Source: a bacterium (GTDB lineage Bacteria; JADJOY01). Taken from it: DNA of 64,000 nt. The number at the start of each line of letters is the position of its first letter. The stretch's first letter is position 1. The DNA lies in contig JAXLQJ010000015.1 of the NCBI GenBank assembly GCA_046331705.1, positions 62,001 to 126,000 of the forward strand, in the 5' to 3' direction. The translations under genes and the position numbers were made by a program. The notes under the pieces were generated by a model. The model was not told where the DNA came from and searched no databases. It saw only the letters and a list, made by a program, of their open reading frames with translations. This document shows positions 19,359 to 28,019 of this stretch, one piece after another.

Positions 19359-20956
19359 GGCTCGCTCTCGATCCCGAGCGTGTGCAGCACCCGCCTCGCC
19401 GCGCGCATGCCGTCGAGCGCCGCGGTGGTGATCCCGCCCGCGTAGCCGGCGCCTTCGCCGGCGGGGAAGAGGCCGCGCACACCCTCCGCCTCGCCGCCGT
19501 CGTCCCGTGGGATGCGGATGGGCGACGAGGTGCGGGTCTCCACCCCGACCAGCACAGCCTCGTCGCTGGCGAACCCGGGCATCTGCTCGCCGAATCGCCG
19601 CAACCCGTCGCGCAGCGGCGCGACCACCCACTCGGGCAGGCAGCGTTCGAGGGCGGTCGGTGTGACGCCGGGACGGTAGCTCGTCCGCAGCTCCGCATCG
19701 CTCGACCGGCCGGCCACGAAATCCACGAGGCGCTGGGCGGGCGCCCGATAGTCGCCGCCGCCGAGGGCGAACGCCGCTTGCTCCCAGCGGCGCTGGAACG
19801 CGACCCCGGCGAGCGGATCGGCGTCACCGCCGAAGTCCGCGGGGTCCACCGTGACGACCACGCCGCTGTTGGCTCGCGGCGCCGCGCGCGAGTGCGCGCT
19901 CATGCCGTTGGTGACCACGGCGTCGATCTCGCTGGTGGCCGCCAGGATTCGTCCGCCCGGGCACATGCAGAAAGTGTACACACCGCGTCCCGCGATCTGC
20001 GCCGTGAGGTTGTAGTCGGCGGGCGGCAGCGCGGCGGCGGCGCGCTCGCGGCGCGAGCCGTATCGCGCCACGTCCACGCACCATTGGGGATGCTCGATGC
20101 GAACGCCGATGGCAAAGGGCTTTGCTTGCAGCCGGATTCCCGCGCGATCGAGCTCGGCGAAGGTGTCGCGCGCGCTGTGCCCGGTGGCGAGAACCACCGC
20201 CGGCGGCCGCAGCGTCGCGCCGCTCGACAGCACCAGCTCGGCGAGCCGGCCCTGGGCGACCTCGAAGCGCTGGGCGCGTTCGCCGAAGCGCTCGCTCACC
20301 CCGGCGTCGCGAAACCGCTCGCGCAGGTTGCGAAGCACGTGCCGCAGCCGATCCGTTCCGATGTGCGGCCGGCCGTCGGTGAGGATCTCGGAGGGCGCGC
20401 CGAACTCGACGAAGCGGCGCAGCACGCGCTCCAGATCGGGCTCGCGTCGGCGCGTGTAGAGCTTGCCGTCGGAGAACGTGCCCGCGCCGCCCTCACCGAA
20501 CTGGATGTTGCTCTCGGGATCGAAGGCGCCGCCACGGAAGAAGCGCGCCACGTCGCGGGAGCGTTGCTCGACGGCCTGGCCGCGCTCGACGAGCAGCGGC
20601 ACCACGCCGGCTTCGAGGAAGGTCAGCACGGCGAAGAGCCCCGCCGGCCCCGCGCCGATCACCACCGGCTGGACGTCGCCGCGCCGGCGGCCGACGCGAA
20701 ACGGCGCGGGCGTCGCGGGGGCGCGCGTGATCCGCGCGCCGGTGGCGCGCGCGAGCACCTCGTCCTCCGCGTCCACCTCCACGTCGACCGTCACGACCCA
20801 GATCGGAGGTCGTCGCCGCGCGTCGAGCGAGCGCCGTACCAGCGTCACACCGCGAATCGCCGACGGCGCGATGCTCAGCGCTCGCGCGGCCGTTTCCCGC
20901 CAGCCCTGGGCGTCGTCGCGCGACCGGCACCTCAGATCACGGATGCGGATCGGCAT
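19355..20956 (-). CDS. NAD(P)/FAD-dependent oxidoreductase (COG2509-like)
   Basis: GAGPAG, ESNIQFGEGGAGTFSDGKL, TFCMCPGG, ETRTSSP, GEGAGYAGGI. Confidence 0.9.
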   Translation of the reverse strand: MPIRIRDLRCRSRDDAQGWRETAARALSIAPSAIRGVTLVRRSLDARRRPPIWVVTVDVEVDAEDEVLARATGARITRAPATPAPFRVGRRRGDVQPVVIGAGPAGLFAVLTFLEAGVVPLLVERGQAVEQRSRDVARFFRGGAFDPESNIQFGEGGAGTFSDGKLYTRRREPDLERVLRRFVEFGAPSEILTDGRPHIGTDRLRHVLRNLRERFRDAGVSERFGERAQRFEVAQGRLAELVLSSGATLRPPAVVLATGHSARDTFAELDRAGIRLQAKPFAIGVRIEHPQWCVDVARYGSRRERAAAALPPADYNLTAQIAGRGVYTFCMCPGGRILAATSEIDAVVTNGMSAHSRAAPRANSGVVVTVDPADFGGDADPLAGVAFQRRWEQAAFALGGGDYRAPAQRLVDFVAGRSSDAELRTSYRPGVTPTALERCLPEWVVAPLRDGLRRFGEQMPGFASDEAVLVGVETRTSSPIRIPRDDGGEAEGVRGLFPAGEGAGYAGGITTAALDGMRAARRVLHTLGIESEP

Positions 20957-21082
20957 GGCTCGGGACGGCTGCGGCGGCTGGTGAGTGGACGCGCACCTTT
21001 TCCGATGAGGGTGCCGGAGGATAGAACCACGTCGCCGTCGGAGCGCGCGGATTACCACGCGCGCCGCGGGAGGAACAAACCG

Positions 21083-21547
21083 ATGCGCAAGATGCTCACG
21101 CTTTCGTTCGTGTGGCTGGCGACCGTCACGGGGTGCGCGTATCTCGGGCAGGTTTCACCGGACGACATCAAGGTGAAGGTGCTCGACGTGGACGTAGGCG
21201 TGCCGCGCTCGGGCGGATTGCCGCTCAACTTCCGGGTCTTGCTCACGAACTTCTCCGGGGCGACCCAGAAGATTCACGCGGTGACCTACCGCTTGCGCGT
21301 CAACGAGGAACAGTTCCTATCGGGCGACGTCACCACGCCGATCGTGCTCGAGCAGAACGCGCAGACCGAGGTGGAGCTGCCCCTCCAGGTGAACTACGAG
21401 TCGATCGGCAAGACGCTCAAGTCGTTGGTGCGGCTCACCAAGAACCGCTACGTGCTCGAGGGCGACGTGGTCGTCGACTCGCTCTTCGGGAACGTGCGCG
21501 TGCCTTTCCGCCGCGACGGCGAGATCGGCCCGGCGGGCCTCGAATGA
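21083..21547 (+). CDS. LEA type 2 / WHy-domain lipoprotein
   Basis: Lipobox VTGC; beta-rich pattern (FRVLLTN, YRLRVNEEQFLSG, YVLEGDV); RBS GGAGG. Confidence 0.75.
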   Translation: MRKMLTLSFVWLATVTGCAYLGQVSPDDIKVKVLDVDVGVPRSGGLPLNFRVLLTNFSGATQKIHAVTYRLRVNEEQFLSGDVTTPIVLEQNAQTEVELPLQVNYESIGKTLKSLVRLTKNRYVLEGDVVVDSLFGNVRVPFRRDGEIGPAGLE

Positions 21548-21662
21548 ACCGTCGCGTCCGGCGTCCGCACGCCGCCGGACGCAAGGCGCGTCCCGGCTGA
21601 CGGCCGCGCTCCTCCCAGTCCCGGAACCGACCGTTTCGCCGAGGGATCCCGAAGAGCCCGCC

Positions 21663-22727
21663 ATGCCACGCATCGACACCCTGCTGGGACGCGCGCGCCA
21701 ACTCGGCGCCTCCGATCTGCACATCGCCGCGGGCTCGCCACCCATGTTGCGGATCCTCGGCGACCTGAAGCGCGCCGAGGCCCCGCCGCTCGGCGACTCC
21801 GACGTCGAGGCTCTGCTGCTCGAGCTGCTCGGCCCGGAGCAGCGCGCGGAGCTCGAGACGCGCCAGAGCGTCGATCTCGCCTACGAGGTGCCGAGCGCGG
21901 GCCGTTATCGCGCCAACGTCTTTCGCGCGCGCGGCGGGCTGAACGGAGTGTTCCGCATCATCCCGTTGCGGGTGCCCACCATCGACTCGCTGGTGTTGCC
22001 CGCCAAGGTGAAGGAGCTGGTGAGCTATCCCAACGGCTTGGTGCTGGTCACCGGTCCGGCGGGGCAGGGCAAGACCTGCACGCTCGCGGCGCTGCTCAAG
22101 CTCGTGAACGAGAGCAGCGCCAAGCACATCCTCACCATCGAGGACCCGATCGAGTTCATCCATCCGCGCGGGCGCTCGCTGATCAATCAGCGCGCGGTTC
22201 GTCGCGACACCGAGACCTTCGCGTCCGCCCTGCGCGCGGCGCTGCGCGAGGATCCGGACGTCATCATGATCGGCGAGCTGCGCGACGCGGACACGATCTC
22301 GAACGCCATCCGAGCAGCGGAGACCGGGCACCTGGTGTTCGGGACGCTGATGACCACCTCGGCGCACAAGACGGTCGACCGGATCATCGACGCGTATCCC
22401 GCCAATCAGCAGTCCCAGGTGCGCACCATGCTCTCCGAGTCGTTGCGCGCGATCGTCTCGCAGAAGCTCGTGCGGCAGGCCGACGGGCACGGGATGGTCG
22501 CCGCCACCGAGATCCTCATCGCGACGCCGCCGGTGGCCAACCTGATCCGCGAGGCCAAGACGTTCCAGATCCCGTCGGTGCTGCAGACGGGTCGTGCGCT
22601 CGGCATGCACCGGCTGGAGGAATCGTTGCGCGACCTCGTGAAGCTCAACGCGATCAGTTCCGAGTCCGCGCTCGAGAAGGCGAACGATCCACGCACGCTT
22701 CGCGAGCTGCTGGGGATGCGGCCATGA
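21663..22727 (+). CDS. pilT: PilT/PilU family type IV pilus ATPase (variant motifs)
   Basis: GASDLHI, Walker A GPAGQGKT, TIEDPIE, LREDPDVIMIGELRD, ETGHLVFGTLMT, ANLIRE. Confidence 0.9.
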   Translation: MPRIDTLLGRARQLGASDLHIAAGSPPMLRILGDLKRAEAPPLGDSDVEALLLELLGPEQRAELETRQSVDLAYEVPSAGRYRANVFRARGGLNGVFRIIPLRVPTIDSLVLPAKVKELVSYPNGLVLVTGPAGQGKTCTLAALLKLVNESSAKHILTIEDPIEFIHPRGRSLINQRAVRRDTETFASALRAALREDPDVIMIGELRDADTISNAIRAAETGHLVFGTLMTTSAHKTVDRIIDAYPANQQSQVRTMLSESLRAIVSQKLVRQADGHGMVAATEILIATPPVANLIREAKTFQIPSVLQTGRALGMHRLEESLRDLVKLNAISSESALEKANDPRTLRELLGMRP

Positions 22728-23938
22728 GCAATGCGATCCACACCCTCATTCGCGAGCTCAAGGAGCGCCGCGGCTCGGACCTCCACCTCTCGCCGGGCTA
22801 CCCGATCATCATGCGGCTCAACGGCGAGCTCACCGAGCGCGACGCGACGGTGCTCACGCCCGCGCACACGCAAGGTTGGATCGAGACGCTGCTCGATGCC
22901 CGGCTGCGCGCCGATTTCGAGCGCACCGGCGAGGCGGACTTCGCGATCGAGGTGCCGAGCGTCGCGCGGGCGCGCGCCAACGTGTTCCGAACCCAACGCG
23001 GCTGGGCCGGTGTCTTCCGGCTGATCCCCGAGCAGATCCCATCGGTGGACGATCTGTCGCTGCCGCCGGCGATCCAGGGGATCTCGAAGCTGCGCAGCGG
23101 CATGGTGCTGGTGACCGGGCCGACCGGCAGCGGCAAGAGCACGACGCTCGCGGCGATCATCGACGCGATCAATCGGGAGCGGGAAGCGCACATCCTGACC
23201 ATCGAGGATCCCATCGAGTTCGTGCACCCGAACAAGCGCGCCCACGTCACTCAGCGGGCGGTGGGCATCCACGCGCCGTCGTTCGCGGAAGCGATTCGCG
23301 CCGCCGGCCGCGAGGACCCGGACGTGATCCTGGTGGGCGAGATGCGCGACCTGGACACGATCTCGCAGGCGCTCACCTGCGCCGAGTTCGGGATCCTGGT
23401 GTTCGGCACCCTGCACACCAACTCGGCGCCCAAGAGCGTCGACCGCATCGTCGACAGCTTCCCCGCCGATCAGCAGAGCCAGGTGCGCTCGATGCTCGCC
23501 GAATCGCTCAAGTTCGTGGTGGCGCAGCGCTTGATGCGGACCAAGGATGGCCAGGGGCGGGTCGGGGCTTTCGAGATCCTGATCTCGAGCCCGGCGATCG
23601 CGAACCTGATCCGCGAGGGCAAGACGGCGCAGCTCCAGAGCGTGATGCAGACGGGCACGCAGGCGGGCATGCAGACCATGGATCAAGCGCTCGCGAAGCT
23701 GGTGGCCGCCGCGAAGGTCTCCGTCGAGGACGCGATGGAATGCGCGACCGATCCGGTGGCCTTGCAGCGGCTGGCCGGCGGCGCCGGCATGCCCGTGGGC
23801 GGCCCGGTGACCCCGAGCCCGCGTCCCAGCCCGATGGCCGCGGCGCCGGGGACTCGCCCCCCCCCGGGAACGCAACCGCCCGGGACGCGTTCGGGAGGCA
23901 CGGGCGGCCCGGGACGACCCCCGGGAACGGGACGCTGA
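22724..23938 (+). CDS. pilT: PilT/PilU family type IV pilus ATPase with Pro/Gly-rich tail
   Basis: GSDLHL, GPTGSGKSTT, TIEDPIE, REDPDVILVGEMRD, GILVFGTLHTNSA, ANLIRE, GMQTMD. ATGA-coupled to the first copy. Confidence 0.92.
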   Translation: MSNAIHTLIRELKERRGSDLHLSPGYPIIMRLNGELTERDATVLTPAHTQGWIETLLDARLRADFERTGEADFAIEVPSVARARANVFRTQRGWAGVFRLIPEQIPSVDDLSLPPAIQGISKLRSGMVLVTGPTGSGKSTTLAAIIDAINREREAHILTIEDPIEFVHPNKRAHVTQRAVGIHAPSFAEAIRAAGREDPDVILVGEMRDLDTISQALTCAEFGILVFGTLHTNSAPKSVDRIVDSFPADQQSQVRSMLAESLKFVVAQRLMRTKDGQGRVGAFEILISSPAIANLIREGKTAQLQSVMQTGTQAGMQTMDQALAKLVAAAKVSVEDAMECATDPVALQRLAGGAGMPVGGPVTPSPRPSPMAAAPGTRPPPGTQPPGTRSGGTGGPGRPPGTGR

Positions 23939-24001
23939 GGGCGCCGAGCGGAGTTATCGTCGCGCGGCCGTGCACTCGCGCCCGCGCCGCAGGAGGGGAA
24001 G

Positions 24002-24481
24002 ATGGAGACGCGCAGCAGTCTTTACGTCGGTAAGGAGCACGTTGCGCTGACGCTCCAGCTTCAGGGCGGCACGGTGCTCGCCGGAAACGTCTTCCTGTTT
24101 CCCGAGAGTGGTCCGGGCGTGTTCCTGTGGTCGCGACTGCTTCAGTTCATGAACGATCCCAGCCCGTATTTTCCGTTCGAGGCGCGGGAAGGCGGCATCG
24201 TGCTGGTCACGCGCCGCGCGGTGATGCGCGTGACGCTCGGGGGCGCCGAGACGAACGAAGAGGATCCCGCGATCTATTTCGTCAGCGCAGCGCGCGCTCG
24301 CTTCCTGCTGACCGACGGCTCCTCGATCGACGGCCGCGTGTTCATCGACTCGAAGCCGCCCAACACCCGCATCAGCGACTTCCTCTGCAAGCCCGAGCCG
24401 TTCTTCCACGTGGTCGACGAGCGCGGCCACGAGATCCTCAACAAGGAATCGGTGCCGCTCGTCTATCCGCTCCCGGGGTGA
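24002..24481 (+). CDS. Hypothetical protein with two internally similar small beta domains (DUF6812-like)
   Basis: RBS AGGAGG. Halves LQGGTVLAGNVFL..SRLLQFMNDPSPYF and LTDGSSIDGRVFI..TRISDFLCKPEPFF resemble each other. Confidence 0.7.
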   Translation: METRSSLYVGKEHVALTLQLQGGTVLAGNVFLFPESGPGVFLWSRLLQFMNDPSPYFPFEAREGGIVLVTRRAVMRVTLGGAETNEEDPAIYFVSAARARFLLTDGSSIDGRVFIDSKPPNTRISDFLCKPEPFFHVVDERGHEILNKESVPLVYPLPG

Positions 24482-24523
24482 GCGGCGCCCCGCGAGGGCG
24501 TGGCCGGACCTGCTGGTCGATCC

Positions 24524-24561
24524 AAAGAAAACGGGCACCCGGCTCTCGGCCGGGTGCCCGT
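24524..24561 (-). terminator. Intrinsic terminator between convergent genes
   Basis: Perfect 13-bp stem ACGGGCACCCGGC/GCCGGGTGCCCGT (24531-24561) with a plus-strand A-tract, i.e. a U-tract for the minus-strand DUF11 gene. Confidence 0.8.
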
Positions 24562-24593
24562 CGTTCGTCACGCCGAGGGCGTGAGCGAGCGGA

Positions 24594-27248
24594 TCAAGGC
24601 TTCGGGAACGGGCCCTTGTAGAACACGTTGTTGTTCTCGTTGATCTCGGGCTCGAGGTTCTCCGAGTCCACCTGCGCGATGATGTACTGATCGAGCGGCA
24701 GCGAGAACGTGAACGGGAAGTCCTGGCTCACGCCCGCCTTGAGCTGGTTGATGGTGAACTTCTTGAGCTGCGGGTCGCCGGCCCCGAGCGTCGTGTTGTT
24801 CGAGCGCACGAAGCGCAGCGTGGTCTGAACCGACTTGGCGTTGCCGGCGTTGGTCACGCGGAACGTGCCCTTCACCGTGCAGGTCTGCTTGCCGAGGTCG
24901 CAAGCGGTCTTGATCGGGCTCAGGAAGGCGCCCGTGAGGTCCGGCGCCTGGAGCGTCGTGGTCTCCGAATCGGAGTCGTTCGCGGCGTTGGGGTCGTCGG
25001 TCACCGCCGAAACCGTCGCGGTGTGGGAGATCGAGGTGCCCGCGTTCGGCATGGCCTCCAGCTCGATGTTCATCGTGACCGTGGCGCCCACCTTCACGGT
25101 GCCCAGCGCGCACTTGATCGTCTGCTCGAATCGATCGCAGCCCGCGGGCAGCGTGCGGATCTTCAGCTCTTCGACGAGCTTGGGGATCTCGTCGGTGACG
25201 ACCACGTTGACCGCGTCGGACGGGCCCGCGTTCGTGATGGTGTTCACCCAGCGGAACGGCGTGTCGATGTTGATCGGATCGGACGAGTCGACGGTGTCGA
25301 GCGCGAGGTCGGCCTGGGTGTCGACCACGGCGGAGGCGGTGGCGCTGTTGTTGGCGGTGTCGGACTCGTAGACGCTGCCGCTCGCGGACACGGTGTTGAG
25401 CAGGATCGTGCCGTCGGCGACGCCGGCCTTCACGATCCCTTGGATCGTTCCGGTGACCTGCGCGCCCGACGCCACCGTGCCGACGACGCACGTGACGGTG
25501 GTGCCCGTGAGGTCACCGCCGGTCGCGCCGCAATTGCCCTGCGTGATCGTGAAGCCCACCACGGTGATCTCCGAGGGGATCACGTCCTTGAGCTGAACGT
25601 TCGTGGCGGCGTCGGGACCGATGTTGTTGAGCACGATGTCGTAGTCGATCGAGGTGCCGGCGATCGCCGTCGGCGGGCCCGTGATGCCGACGTCGAGGCC
25701 GCTGTCGGCGCCGATGATGGTCGTCGAGTCGGTGTCGAGGTTGTCGGCGTTCGAGGATTCGAACGCGTCGCTCGAGACCTGACCGGTGTGGAAGAGGATC
25801 GATCCGTTCGGGGTGCTGGTCCGGATGTGCTGCGTGACCGTCACGATTCGCGAGCCGCCCACGGCGATCGTCCCCAGATTGCAGGACGGGCCGCCGACCG
25901 CGTTCACGTTGCAGCTACCGACGGACGCGCTGAAATCGACGACGTCCATCTCGGTCGGGCCGAAGATGCGGAAGACGGCGTCGTTGGCGGCGGTGTCGCC
26001 GACGTTGGTGATGGTGCTGGTGTAGACCACGTCGGTGCCTGCGGTGGCCGAGGCCGGACCGGTCTGCACCAGGCTGAGACCGCTGGTCCCCGCATCGACC
26101 GTGGTGGCGACGCTGTCGACGTTGTCGCCATTGTCCGGATCGGCGGTGGAGCTCGAGACCTGGGCGTCGTTGAAGATCACGGTGGCGTCGGGGACGTTCG
26201 GCTTGACCGTGCCGTTGACGGTGATCGTCCGGCTCGCGCCGTCCGACATGTTGCCGACGTTGCACGTGATGGTCTGACTGCCCGGCGTGTTGGAGCAACT
26301 ACCACTCGAAGCGGAGAAGCTGGTGATGTCGATCTCCGTGGGCACGAAGTCCTTCACCACCACGCCCTCGGCGGTGCTGGGGCCTTCGTTGGTGACGGAC
26401 AGCGTGTAGCTGATCGGATTGCCGGCGATCACGCCCGACGGTCCGCTGGCCGAGATCGACAGGCCGCTCGACGCCGAGAAGCGGATCGAAGCGGTGGTGG
26501 TGTTGTTGAGGGTGCTCGACTCGAACTCCGCGCCGTGCACCGAGGCCTCCGACGAGAGCGTCGCACCCTCGGGGGACGTGACCTCCACGCGAATCGCCCA
26601 GTAGGTCGGCGGGAAGGTGTACGGCAGGTCCTCGCCGAGCTGGCAGTACACGCCGTCGAGTGCGCCGGCGACGCCGACGTTGTTCGTGCAGCTGTCGTTG
26701 CCCCAGTTCGGGTCGTCGAAGCCGGTCATCGACGCGCCGGTGCCGGACTCGGTCGCGAAGATGTAGTCCTGCATGATCGGCGTGACCGCGTTCTTCTCGA
26801 AGCAGGTCGTCAGCAACGTGTAGGTCAGCGTGTTGCCGGCCGAGCCGCTGATCGACGTGGGGACGGTGGTGATGAACAGGTCCGTGAAATCACCCGGCGC
26901 GTGGGACCCCGGCTGTGCGTCGGGGCTCTCGATGAACGGGACGGCGATGGAGCCCGCGAGCAGCGTCGAGGCGGGCTTCTGGAGGGATGCCGCGCAGCGC
27001 GTCGCGTAGGAGAGCAAGGCACCGCGTGCCCCGACGTAGGCGTCGTGATCGGCGCGCTTGCGCGAGGACTGCCACAGCGACTTGGCGGACTTGACGTTCG
27101 CCCTGAGGCTGTCGACCTGCGCCTGCGAACAGGCGTCCTCCGCGTGGCTCGGTGGCGCGGCGACGAGACACGCCGCCATCACCGTGAGCGCGGTGGTGAG
27201 AGCCCTACCCCAGCGTGGGTAGCTCCAATGCTTGCACGCACGATTCAT
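24594..27248 (-). CDS. Secreted DUF11 (conserved-repeat, Ig-like) protein with C-terminal CARDB-like domain
   Basis: Signal peptide (..PSHA|ED). Four to five repeats AG..I.YT..VTN.GPS.A..V...D..P...C...C..G....G...DP...NN. C-terminal PDL..VTNAGN..VDSEN...EINENNN. Confidence 0.88.
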   Translation of the reverse strand: MNRACKHWSYPRWGRALTTALTVMAACLVAAPPSHAEDACSQAQVDSLRANVKSAKSLWQSSRKRADHDAYVGARGALLSYATRCAASLQKPASTLLAGSIAVPFIESPDAQPGSHAPGDFTDLFITTVPTSISGSAGNTLTYTLLTTCFEKNAVTPIMQDYIFATESGTGASMTGFDDPNWGNDSCTNNVGVAGALDGVYCQLGEDLPYTFPPTYWAIRVEVTSPEGATLSSEASVHGAEFESSTLNNTTTASIRFSASSGLSISASGPSGVIAGNPISYTLSVTNEGPSTAEGVVVKDFVPTEIDITSFSASSGSCSNTPGSQTITCNVGNMSDGASRTITVNGTVKPNVPDATVIFNDAQVSSSTADPDNGDNVDSVATTVDAGTSGLSLVQTGPASATAGTDVVYTSTITNVGDTAANDAVFRIFGPTEMDVVDFSASVGSCNVNAVGGPSCNLGTIAVGGSRIVTVTQHIRTSTPNGSILFHTGQVSSDAFESSNADNLDTDSTTIIGADSGLDVGITGPPTAIAGTSIDYDIVLNNIGPDAATNVQLKDVIPSEITVVGFTITQGNCGATGGDLTGTTVTCVVGTVASGAQVTGTIQGIVKAGVADGTILLNTVSASGSVYESDTANNSATASAVVDTQADLALDTVDSSDPINIDTPFRWVNTITNAGPSDAVNVVVTDEIPKLVEELKIRTLPAGCDRFEQTIKCALGTVKVGATVTMNIELEAMPNAGTSISHTATVSAVTDDPNAANDSDSETTTLQAPDLTGAFLSPIKTACDLGKQTCTVKGTFRVTNAGNAKSVQTTLRFVRSNNTTLGAGDPQLKKFTINQLKAGVSQDFPFTFSLPLDQYIIAQVDSENLEPEINENNNVFYKGPFPKP

Positions 27249-27398
27249 GTTTTTCCCCCTCCGGACAGATGTACGGTCCACGTTGACCCTGCACGATGAC
27301 CGTGCGTCATCGTGCCCCCTGCACTCGTCTTCCCCTGCGGTCGACTCCGTGAATCAGCCCAGGAAGGGTCGACTCACCAAGAACCAACACGTAGGAGA

Positions 27399-27427
27399 AC
27401 GCTACGCCACCACCCCAGGGGTGTCAA
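27399..27427 (-). promoter_or_regulatory. Putative sigma-70 promoter for the DUF11 gene
   Basis: Minus strand TTGACA, 17 bp, TAGCGT. Confidence 0.6.
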
Positions 27428-27513
27428 GAAAATGAAGGACTTCGCGCGCTTCGCATCCGCCCTCGGCTTTTTGGGTTGGGGCCGGGCGGTGGCCGTCGGT
27501 TGGGCGTTGGTCT

Positions 27514-27522
27514 TGCTATACT
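27514..27522 (+). promoter_or_regulatory. Extended -10 promoter of the cus cluster (probably leaderless)
   Basis: TGcTATACT, 7 nt upstream of ATG 27530, no Shine-Dalgarno. Confidence 0.55.
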
Positions 27523-27529
27523 CGCGCGC

Positions 27530-27907
27530 ATGAGACGAGCTGTGATGGCCCGCGGGCTGGTCGCCGTGATCCTGCTGGCGGTTTTCGCCACGGTCTCGGT
27601 CTCCGCCGCGTTCTGCTCGTTCTCGGCATCCGATTGCTGCTGCGAAGGCGACGCTGGTGGAAGTACCCACTGCGCGACGGCCAAAGCCCATTTCCCGTCG
27701 TGCTGTGACGTTCGTTCGGCTGCGGAGACGCCCGCCGCCGATTCGAGCTCCCCTCCCCAACCGGCGTCACCATTCGCGCCCGGATTGCACGGGCACATCG
27801 CTAGCGTCTCGATGCTCGCGGGCGCTGCCGCTGCCAGTCCGGGTGGGCTTGCGTTCCCCTGCTCACACGTCCCCATCTACCGAACCCATCGCTCGTTGCT
27901 GATTTGA
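27530..27907 (+). CDS. Small Cys-rich exported protein (DUF2946-like) upstream of the metal efflux genes
   Basis: Hydrophobic N-terminus, DCCC..HC..SCC, C-terminus PIYRTHRSLLI. Position is typical for metal RND operons. Confidence 0.6.
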   Translation: MRRAVMARGLVAVILLAVFATVSVSAAFCSFSASDCCCEGDAGGSTHCATAKAHFPSCCDVRSAAETPAADSSSPPQPASPFAPGLHGHIASVSMLAGAAAASPGGLAFPCSHVPIYRTHRSLLI

Positions 27908-28019
27908 TCCCGTCGCTTCCCCGTTGACGGGGCAGCGCTGCTCCGCGCACGTCGCGCGGTGCGGCGATGCCTTGGACCTCTGGGGCTCGCTTCGAGCGAG
28001 CCCGCGTCGGGAGGCAGGG

